From NCBI GenBank assembly GCA_964234715.1, contig OZ174289.1: a stretch of DNA of 64,000 nt. One strand, written 5' to 3'. The first letter of the stretch is position 1, and each line of letters begins with the position of its first letter. This DNA is from Podarcis melisellensis (Eukaryota). The notes under the pieces are model-generated. The model saw nothing but the letters and a program-made list of their open reading frames with translations. It was not told the origin of the DNA and did not search any database. Positions 52,390-62,489 of the stretch are shown here, piece by piece. A program made the translations under genes and the position numbers.

Positions 52390-54281
52390 CTGCAGAAAGA
52401 ACACAAATACTTTCTATTAGGGGTAACATATAAGAGAAAATCATTTACTTCCACTTTGCATGCTAAAATTAATAATCATGCTGAAGATAATTAAGCCATA
52501 CAGCTACAATTCTGAGACTGTACTTCAGAGCTTTGTTTTGCCTAATCATGGGGTGTACTCCCCTTTAAAATGCAATATTTCTGCACAGAATATAATGTAC
52601 AATTTGTCTATTTAAATCAGATGCAATTTTAGTCCAAATAATGTGGTGCATAGCATCACTTGCCTAGAAACAGGGCAATGTGTAGTCTTTTAAGTTCTGA
52701 GTCTCAAAATTCTCAACCAAGATAGCTCAAAATAGCTCAGAATTTGGTTTAAGAAAAAGTGAAATCTAAATCTGTATAAGTCAGACAAGTTGAGAAAATA
52801 TGCTCATTTTGTATAAAAGTATTTTGCTACTAATCAGGAAAATCTGGATCTGACTGGGATTTCAGAAGATATTAACCACCCATTTTGAACCGTATTTCCC
52901 CCCCAGCCTTTAATGCTAGAAATCACCATGTAAGGATGAATTTCCGAAACTAAACTCTATGCTTTTGTTCACAGATTTGTAATGTATACAGTTCTATCTA
53001 TATAGGTAAGCATTCAAAGTCTTCAGGTAATATCCAGTTCTCAACTGCAAACCAGAGGACGGCTGAACTGGATATATCCAAAATGGCAGAGCCATGGATT
53101 ACTTAATTACGTTCATGAGAGGCTTGGATCAAAACATTTTAAAAGTCACTCTAGGTTTAAGTACAGTCTCTTTTTTTAGGATTCATCAGACAAACAAGTT
53201 AGCTGTTATATTGCTTCAAGATCTTTTACAAGCATTAGCTGAAGGGAACGTTAAGCAGCACAGAATTATCAGTAAAATGGTTTAGTAGATTTCTTCTCTG
53301 TGCAAGTACTGCATGCAAGCTTGCATATTCAACAGCCACTACGTCTCCTACTGGATGGTCTTACAGGAAGCATGGGACAAAGTTTTGCTTAAAATGAATT
53401 AACTGGATACAACCCAGTTATGTGAGAGATGAGTAATATTGGAGCTCTACAGGAAATGCTTTTCACCCTTGTTCTCCATGCACATAAAATGCAAAATTAC
53501 AGTGATAGTCTATTTCTTCAAAGAATACAATAATTTGTAATATCCATTATAATGGATGTGTTCTTTAGCATACTTTAATAACACTTATTAAGTATTATTA
53601 TAATGGACGTTACCTGTGGCAAATATATCATGAGTGATATAGACAGCAGGTGTTTGTGGCACATTTTGATAGGAGCTGTAGAGCTCATATACGAACAGAA
53701 AGGCTAAAGTGAGGCAAGACTACAGGCACCTTAGCAGGCTATAAGTTAGATGCAAATACCACATCAAGGGATAGAGAAGTAAATGCTACCTCAAACTCTG
53801 GACTTGACTTGTAATGCACTTGCCAAAATGATTGGCCACCACTGCTCTGAAGTGTTACAGGGTGCCACATGTTATATTACTAATGAAAGAGACAGTATTC
53901 ACATCTACATCTGAAAGTCTTTTACAGCATCAGGGTTGAAAGGATTAAAATCAAGGAAGTATCAGGGGAAATAGTTATTTAAAACCAAATAGGCAAGAGA
54001 TAGCTTTTCCAAAGTTTGTTCCCTTATAGCAAGAACAGTGAACCTATGGCCCTTCAGGTGTTGCTGGAGCACAACCCCCTTAATCCCTAGACACTGGTAA
54101 TGCTGACTGGAGCTGATGGGAGTCAGAAGTCCAGCATGTAAAGGGCAAACAGCTTCCTCAGTCTTTCCTTACATGGTGGAACACTTCACAATATTCATTT
54201 CCTACTGGTCATAATTACTCTTATGCAGCAGAAGCAGCATGCACTAGAAAGAAACACAAACCCAGCATGTAAGACTCTTAC

Positions 54282-54314
54282 CATATCATCTGCCAAAGTT
54301 TTTATCTGAAGATT
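54282..54314 (-). CDS. DIAPH2: DIAPH2 33-nt microexon (equivalent to human exon 2): NLQIKTLADDM
   Basis: aactag|AAT CTT CAG ATA AAA ACT TTG GCA GAT GAT ATG|gtaaga with an upstream T-rich tract; matches recalled human NIQIKTLADDV. Confidence 0.92.
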
Positions 54315-55225
54315 CTAGTTAAGTTTTTAAAAAAAGAAGAAAAAAACAGTATATTACCCAACATACCTTTTGAAATTAACATGAAGTTCCCAAAGCTTAT
54401 TTTTTACTTGTTTCTAAAGCTTTTTTTCATTATTTTCTCACAAAATGCTTCCATACCAGGTATAACACATTTAAAGCCAGCACTACCAAATTTTATTTTG
54501 ACTGTATGTTACTAGTATACCATACCATATCACTTCAACCTCATTTTGACATTACTGTATCATTGTCAAAAAAAAGAGAAATTGGGTGTTGGGTGTTAAC
54601 AGAGAAAAATAAATAGCATCTAATATAACATTACATTGGACTGAACACACAGCAAAATATTTATACACAATACAGGACAGTCTTTGACTAAATAAATAAA
54701 CTGCTTAGGCAGCACTGTGGTTCACACCTTTTTGTCACCAAACAAAGCTTGGTTCAAAAAGTTTGAAGAAAACCTCTGAACTATATGATACTCTAAATAT
54801 ATTACAAGTGACAAAGACAAGGACAATTTTCTAGCCAGTCCTTGTTATAGCTTTGTCTAAGGAGCTTTCTGGCTGGGTTGGTTGACAGTGAGAAAGAAGA
54901 TGATATTAAGAGCTGTGTGAAGCTTTTCCTATCCTCATCAGAAGTCTTTCATTTCCTGGTAAAACCTTATTTTATTGTTTGAAGAATGGCCCAGAGATTT
55001 GCCTTAAGAGAAAATCAGCTTGTGAGGCATGAACAGCATCTTACACACTTTACTTAGTACAGGACATACCAAATGTACAGTCCCTCAAAATATGATGTAG
55101 CACTCTTTATACTTATACTTCCAATGATTTATCACAGAAATAAAATGGCTCAAGGCAACTGTGGATCAAGTTATTGTCCCCTTATAGTGCTAATAGAAAC
55201 ACGTACATTATCTTAATACAGCGGC

Positions 55226-55592
55226 AAAGGTAAAGGGACCCCTGACCATTAGGTCCAGTCATGGCCGACTCTGGGGTTGCGGTGCACATCTCGCTTTATT
55301 GGCTGAGGGAGCCGGCGTACAGCTTCCGGGTCATGTGGCCAGCATGACTAAGCCGCTTCTGGTGAACCAGAGTACTTAATTCGTTCCGGAGGTCCGTTCT
55401 TAAGCTGATACTGTTCTTAACCTGAAACACGACTTTAGCTAATGCAGGCTCCCACTGCTGCCGCGCCACCAGAGCACGATTTCTGTTCTCATCCTGAAGC
55501 AAAGTTCTTAACCCGAGGTACTATTTCTGGGTTAGCGGAGTCTGTAATCTGAAGCGTATGTAACCTGAAGTGTATGTAACCCAAGGTACCAC
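55226..55592. mobile_element. 3' half of a minus-strand Sauria SINE fused to a Tigger-like MITE lacking its left TIR
   Basis: AAAGGTAAAGGGACCCC...GGTGAACCAGAG runs directly into TACTTAATTCGTTCCGG...AAGGTACCACT. Confidence 0.8.
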
Positions 55593-55596
55593 TACA

Positions 55597-56372
55597 TAAT
55601 AATAAATTTTATTTATACCCCACCCTCCCCAGCCAACACCGGGCTCAGGGCAGCTAACACCCGATATAAAAACAAATTGATTGAGATACAACTTTAAAAA
55701 CAAGATTAAAATACAACATTAAAACACAGCCTCACTTCAATGGAAACTCAAATCAAAAACTTTTGGGGGATGAAAACGTCAAGTCTTCACCAAGGCTAAC
55801 TATCCAAACTGGTCCTACATGGGCCAGAAAAAAGCCAGGGAAGTCCCCAAATAGGAATTCCATCACAGGAGGAAAAAGGAAAAAAGAAAGAAAAGAAGGG
55901 GAGGGAATCAAGTTGATTCCAAGCCAAAGGCCAGGCGGAACAACTCTGTCATACAAGCCCTGCAGAAAGAAATCAGATCCTGCAGGGCCCTGGTCTCATG
56001 AGACAGGGTGCTCCACCAGGCCAGAGCCAGTGTTGAAAAGGCCCTGGCTCTGGTTGAGGCTAATCTGACTTTCTTAGGGCCCGGGACCTCTAGGGTGTTG
56101 CTATTTATGGACCTTAAGGTCCTCCGTGGGGTATACCGTAGGTACGAGGGTCCTAAGGCGTGAAGGGCTTTAAAGGTCAAAACCAGTACCTTAAATCTGA
56201 CCCTGTACTCCACCGGGAGCCAGTGCAGCTGGAAAAGCACTGGGTGAATAAGCTCCCATGGCAGAGACCCCGTGAGGAGCCTCACTGCAGCATTCTGCAC
56301 CCACTGGAGTTTCTGGGACAGCTTCAAGGGCAGAATTACAGTAGTCAAGCCTGGAGGTGACCTTTGCATGGA
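55597..56372 (-). mobile_element. L2 LINE 3' portion
   Basis: ORFs give VTSRLDYCNS and KLQWVQNAAVRLLTG...LHWLPVEYRVRFKVLVLTFKAL...RAFS; 3' tail near 55600. Confidence 0.9.
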
Positions 56373-56475
56373 TCACTGTGGCCAGGTTGGGGCAGGAAAG
56401 GTAAGGGACCTTTTTTTTTTACAGCGTTATTCTGGATAAAACTTATTGGCCTTTTGGCTAACATCAAGTGTAATA

Positions 56476-56840
56476 AAGGTAAAGGTAAAGGTACCCCTGC
56501 CCGTACGGGCCAGTCTTGCCAGACTCTGGGGTTGTGCGCCCATCTCACTCAAGAGGCCAGGGGCCAGCGCTGTCCGAAGACACTTCCGGGTCACGTGGCC
56601 AGCGTGACAAAGCTGCATCTGGCGAGCCAGAGCCGCACACGGAAACGCCGCTTACCTTCCCGCTGGTAAGCGGTCCCTATTTATCTACTTGCACCCGGGG
56701 GTGCTTTCGAACTGCTAGGTTGGCAGGCGCTGGGACCGAGCAACAGGAGCGCACCCCGCCGCGGGGATTCGAACCGCCAACCTTTCGATCGGCAAGCCCT
56801 AGGCGCTGAGGCTTTTACCCACAGCGCCACCCGCGTCCCT
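56476..56840 (-). mobile_element. Young full-length Sauria SINE
   Basis: CpGs intact; (ACCTTT)3 tail; perfect 15-bp TSD ACATCAAGTGTAATA at 56461-56475 and 56843-56857. Confidence 0.93.
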
Positions 56841-57866
56841 CGACATCAAGTGTAATATACTAGGTTTATTATATGAGGTACTTGAGTTCAATTAGTGTTG
56901 TTTTACTTGGTTCTCTCTCTCTTACAGACACACTAAAGTATATAAGAATTGACACATTTTGGAATTAGATTCTTCTCTCCCACATAGCCCTGAATTCAAA
57001 ATTCATTACATACACATAAACTCAACACTACTTTTTCATATAACAGTTTAGATCTAACTATGGAACTCATGCTGTATTCTAATTATCCTAAGTGTACTCA
57101 CCAATAGACACATTTCACTAAATTTTGCCTGTTACTGCCAAGTAAATTATGTTGGAGATGTTGTTCATTTAAGCAACTGGTTTTAATGTGCTTTATACAC
57201 TAATTTAAAGCGTAAAAATATTGATACTTCACTTTTAGGTCTATTGCAAACAAGGACCAAAGCTATTACAACTTGTGTTTCCTTATTTTTAACAATGACC
57301 AAATAACTTATCCAATGGCAAAACAAGTCTTTAGTGTTCAATCAATGATACCATGTGAAAGTATACATGTCAAGCTGTTACCAGTCAATTATTGCAGTTA
57401 GTGTCCCTGAAGTATATCTTTTACTGATGTTTAGCTCCATTAACAGTCTGAACTCTAATCTTCCTGTAATGGCAGAATTGATATGAGGAACTTGGGACTA
57501 AAATTCATCTTACTGACAAGACTACAAAGTTTCTGAAAAACGTATGATCCCAAGCTATTCAGAAAACTGAATATTTATATGGGCAGGAATAGTTTGCCTA
57601 TTTTAATTCATTTCTCTAAGGCACCCAGTCCCAACCTTGGGTCCCCAGATGTTGTTGGACTACAACTCACATCATTCCTGACCACTGGCCCTTCTACCTA
57701 GGGATGATGAGAAAGGCTGCTATAAAGAGTACATCCTTAATAACCAAAAAGCAACTGCGTTATTCCAACACTGTCCAGTTTGAAAAAAACTCTAAAAACA
57801 GCCACACAAAAATCACCTGCACCCCAATTTTGGCATATTTTTATTGAAACTTTTCATCATACAATA

Positions 57867-58054
57867 CACTGGTACCTCCGGTTGCACACAGGATCCGTTC
57901 TGGAGCTCCAGTCGGATCCCAAGGTGTGCATATCCGGAGGTGCCGCTTCTGCACTTCTACACATCACGAAACCCAGAAAAATACTTTCTGGTTTGCTGCG
58001 CACATATCCCAAAGGATATGGAACTGGAGGTGAACATACGTAGAGGTACCACTG
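57867..58054. mobile_element. Tigger/pogo-like MITE (second subfamily)
   Basis: TA|CACTGGTACCTC ... GAGGTACCACTG|TA with a different interior from the other copies. Confidence 0.8.
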
Positions 58055-60539
58055 TACAAATAAAAGAAAACTACTAAAAATAAAAAAGGAAAGGAAAGGA
58101 AAAGAGAAAAAAAATACAAAGCCCTCTCTCAAAAGTAGATCTTAACCCTTGTCTCACACAGAAGAGGGTGGATCCTCCCAGCTCTCACCTGGGAGCTTCC
58201 GTTTCTTCTCCCAGCCTCTTATCCTGGAAGATATTCCCTTCTCTGCGTCTCACACAGTGCTTTTCACAAGCCAGCCATCCCCTTCATACCCACACCCCAA
58301 TTTTGAACTCTCTGGTGGAAGCAGAGGAGAAAAGGAAGACTATGTTCAAGTTTACATTGTCCTTCTGGCTCTCCATTATTATTTAAGAAAATGCTTTGCT
58401 AAATTTCAAATTATGTAGCGTGCATGAAGGACAGTACATAGCTTGCAACTATTATACAAATGAATCTACTAAAAATACTATTAAAGCTACAGCACCAGTA
58501 AACCCATACAAGTATACAACAGCTTTATTTAAAAAATAATTTTAAAAAAGCTTAGTTTAACATATTAAATTCAGTGGCAAGCAGCTCTACCACATGGAAT
58601 TAACTTCAACTGACCACTAGGAGTCTCCACAGAACTAACAACAGTGAAACATTTGATGAGGAAAGTGCAAGAGCAGGAAGATTAGGGCAGCATTTCTGAG
58701 TAACCACACCCACAGCTTCTAAAGAGAAGGAAAACCACAAGGACAAGAAAGTGGGAGCACGCAATGGTATACAAAGCACCAAGAGAGTATACTTTGCTTA
58801 ACCACTAAGCATGTAACTGGCAGGACAGCAAATGGTCTAATTAAACCTTCTAGCTGAAGCATAGGTTTGTAACTAGTTTGAAGTGATGTCTGTGGTTTTC
58901 CTAGGTATACAGCAAGGCACGTTCGCTCTAATAAACAAATTACTGGGCCCACGTTAGATGTATCTCACACATAAGGCAAGAACATATAGTCTAATTTCAA
59001 AAACATCCAAACTCAAGACCTAGGAGAAATTGTTGCTGTCCCCTGACATCTTCCACCTGAGGCAGCAATAATCCAAATTCTGATCAAATGTTACACCACC
59101 TACAGAGCAGCACACAATGCTATGCATTTAGTTGCATCTAACACTAATGTTCTTATAGCAAAGATGGTTCAATGCATGTTTCAAAGTCCTAATTTAAAAA
59201 TAGTTGAATTTACACTTGGAAATGATCTTAGCATATAAATTAATTAAGTAATAAGTTACTTAATATTTTTGTACATTTTGTACATTTTTGTACATTTCAC
59301 AGAAAGACAATTAAGAATTATTGTGTTATTTTAAATTTATTTTGCATATGTGTAACAGTACACTATTTTGTACTACTACCAACCACCAACAAGTCTATTC
59401 ACATGAGGATAACCTCATCACATGCAGATGCTACAATTGAAAGAAGCACCCAAATTATCATTTTGATGATGAGAACATCAAATAAGACAGATAAGACTGT
59501 TCTCCTTTAGCTGCCTGCTGAAATCTTTTCTAGTTGGATCGGCCTATTCAGACACATAATTTGGGTATATTTTTATTACTTACGTGGATGCTGCTCTGGA
59601 GTTTTCCAGGAGGAAGGGTGTGATATATAAATTTAAATAAATAAATAAATAAATAATGCATGCTCTGGCCATACTTGTGAGGCAAGTTGCTTGTTAGGTG
59701 ACTAGAATGACTAGCAGATGTTCTAAAGGAAAGCTAATGATCAGAACATAGCTAGAGATATTTGAGCATTTTGAATGGAAGAGGCCAAGATAATGTGGAA
59801 GCTAAGGAAAGGGGGTGAGTGTAAGGTGTGTGTGCTTCACAAAACCATTTGGGGGGCAAAGTCAGAATGCCCTGGGGGTAGAATGCAAAACTCTCCAAAA
59901 ATGTAGTATACAAAAGCAGATATGCTACTTGACTACCCCTATGTTCTACTTGTGTATAAATAATCTAAGTGGTGCTGCCCATGGAACTTCTCACTACTCA
60001 AAGAACTGGAGAACACAAAACAATATGATAGTTGTCCGAATATACACTAAGTTAAAGTTTTGTTACCGTTCACAAACAGCACATTCTAAAATTCAAAACA
60101 TTTCCATATGCCAGATGTGACTGTAGACCCAACTCCTGGGAAATATAAATACTTGTAGTGATCAGTTGTCTAAAAAGTATGCCCAGTGTCCATCTACTGT
60201 AGAGGATGAAAATCTGTCCCTTGCTAGCAGATATGCTAGAACTCACAGGGTCCCAAAAGAAAGGATTCGTCCATTTGATCCAAACATAGGATTTCCAATA
60301 CTTCTAAGCCAAACCTAAAGCTTCACAAAAAGCATATGACCTCTTCCTTGGACAATATTACTTCAGAATGCAGATAGGGGATCACATGCTAAAATACAAT
60401 CCCATGTAAGAATACTTTCACACACAAAACCAGCCCACTGGCTTCAGTCATCCTCCACAACATAATAGCTGTTTTCAGAATCCTAGGGGGTAATTCAAAA
60501 CCACAACAGTAGAAATTCAGAAAAGGCACCACCAGTCAA

Positions 60540-61005
60540 GAGAATGCCAACATGTTCAATGAACAGTATCAATAAAGCCAACAGAAAACAAGATTTCCTT
60601 CAGAAAACAGAAATCTTGTTCAAATAAGGAGGAAAAGGAACACAAACTCTGGCAAAAGAAACACAAGCAGGAAATAAGGAATAAAAAACAATTTGAGGAG
60701 CACATCACTAAAAACAAAAAGGCCAACAATAACAAGGTATTTACATGCATTAGATGCAGGAAATTGCCAATGGAAGTCACTGGACCTTTGAACAACAAGG
60801 AAATCAAAAAAGGAAGGAAGAGGCAAATATTAAAATGGGAAATACGATTCAGTGTTAGCATATGTAAACTAATGCATATATATGTTTATAAGATCTGAAC
60901 TTGTAGTAACTAACCAGGAAAGAGACCCTAGACTTGTGATGGATGTCAGTGAAAACGCTGACCCAATAGGTAGCAGCTGTGAAAAATGCAAATGATGTTA
61001 ATGAC
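60540..61005 (+). mobile_element. Old CR1 ORF2 fragments
   Basis: Purine-rich segment with NNKVFTCIR..GPL-like translation and ACCAGGAAAGAGACC...GCAGCTGTGAAAAA-GCAAAT segment; more pieces near 63465-63560. Boundaries approximate. Confidence 0.5.
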
Positions 61006-61929
61006 CCAAATCAAAACGTTGTTATACCAATCACTCAATATTCTCAGTGGAGAGGATACATTAAGTAATATGTTTGAATGTTGAATATGCAAGTGTATTT
61101 GTAGAGACAATGGGTAGAACAAACACTATTAGAAACACTGCTAGATAAGTGTTTAATGGTCATTGTATGTGTATTTGTTTAAAAACCAATTATTATTTTT
61201 TTAAGGCAAACTCTATGTTAAGCAAAGTTGGCAACCCTTAAAGGCTGTCCCTTTACCTGCAAGGTATGATTTCAAACCATGTGATCAAAAATGGACAGCC
61301 TGACATTACTGTGACATGAGGTGCCAGACAGGTAGCTGGCACTGCCCATTTGTCAAACCAAGCCCTTGGGAGTAAGGGAAAATAAAGATTTGGCTGGCAA
61401 GCCTAATCCAGTCCTGCCTTGTTTAAAAGGCATTCCTTCACTCATCCTGTAATTTTGAGGTTCATTTTCATGGCATGAAACGAACTCCTGATCACTTTCA
61501 TGCTCATTGATATGGTTCCAAACTAAAGAAAAACCCTATTTCATGAATACTAAAATATAATAGACTGCAGCCCCAAGATTCTTTGCTGTTTCCATTTATG
61601 ACTCTTACATGATCGTTTAAGACTATAATCCTACACTTACCTTGAAGTCTCACTGAATTCAATAATACATACTTCTGAATGTGCATGCATATGAGTGTAC
61701 TATATAGAAAGTCTGGGCCCTGACATGCTCTGAAAGTATTTGCTGCCTATGTTTCTTTGTAAAGTTGGTAAACTTGGTGTGGTTTGTGGAGCCATTTGGG
61801 TGGGGAGGCACCAAATCCACACAAAGAGCCTCTTGACATAAATTACTATCCATACTGAAAAATCTGCAATTTCCCGTGTTTCAGTCTCTGCAATTCTCAA
61901 AATGACTCAGATTAAGTAACCTTCTACAA

Positions 61930-62489
61930 CAGTGTTTCCCAAACTTTTTTGGGCAACGGCACACCTGTTTACTGAAAAAAAATCTCACGGCACACCACCA
62001 TTAAAGCCCCGCCCCGTGACGTCAGCGCGCAGCGTCACGCCGGGAGGGACGCACGAAAGTGAAAGTTTTTTCCCTCCCCCTTGCCGGGGAACCTCCAAGC
62101 TTTGGGGGTGGGAGGAGGCAGCAGAGCGAGGGACTGAGGGACGGCGGCAACTGAGGCGGCGGCGGCTGTTGTGGTGGTGGCGGCGATAGCGGGCGGAGGA
62201 GGGGGCGGCGGCGGGGCTTGAGGAGCCGTCGCCGGGAGTTGCTGCTGCTGTTGTTGCTGCTGCTGCCCGGACATGCCGGCCTCCTCCTCCTCCGCTGTCT
62301 CGCGCTCCTCCCTTTTGCACGCGCTGCCCCGCCGCTCGGCACCACCACCGCGGAGCCGCCCCCGGCTCGACGCGGATCCTCGCCGCCGCCGCCTCTCACC
62401 GCCCGACTCGCCCGCCTCCCTCCCACGGCACACCAGCCAATGTCTGACGGCACAGTAGTGTGCCGCGGAACACCGGTTGGGAAACACTG
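61930..62489. mobile_element. Young non-autonomous hAT element (560 bp) carrying CpG-island-like cargo
   Basis: 13-bp perfect TIR CAGTGTTTCCCAA; perfect 8-bp TSD TTCTACAA at 61922-61929 and 62490-62497; repeated subterminal CGGCACAC motifs at both ends. Confidence 0.92.
62006..62066. promoter_or_regulatory. GC box + CRE + IRF/ISRE-type motif cluster inside the hAT element
   Basis: GCCCCGCCCC 62006-62015, TGACGTCA 62017-62024, half site GCGTCA 62032-62037, GAAAGTGAAAGT 62055-62066. Motif matches only; activity untested. Confidence 0.5.

Larger units (their letters stand above)
280..54314 (-). other. DIAPH2: DIAPH2 (diaphanous-related formin 2) gene, partial: internal exons covering the GBD/DID(FH3) region; gene extends beyond both window ends
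   Basis: Eleven exons with splice sites and matching phases join into one open frame (NLQIKTLADDM-RDRITSFRK...EDMNLNEERKAPLR...LNCLESLRVSLTSNPVSWVNNFG...FRIHLRNEFLRCGL...ELAHRLSDIKVEM). I recognise this as vertebrate DIAPH2. Confidence 0.96.
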
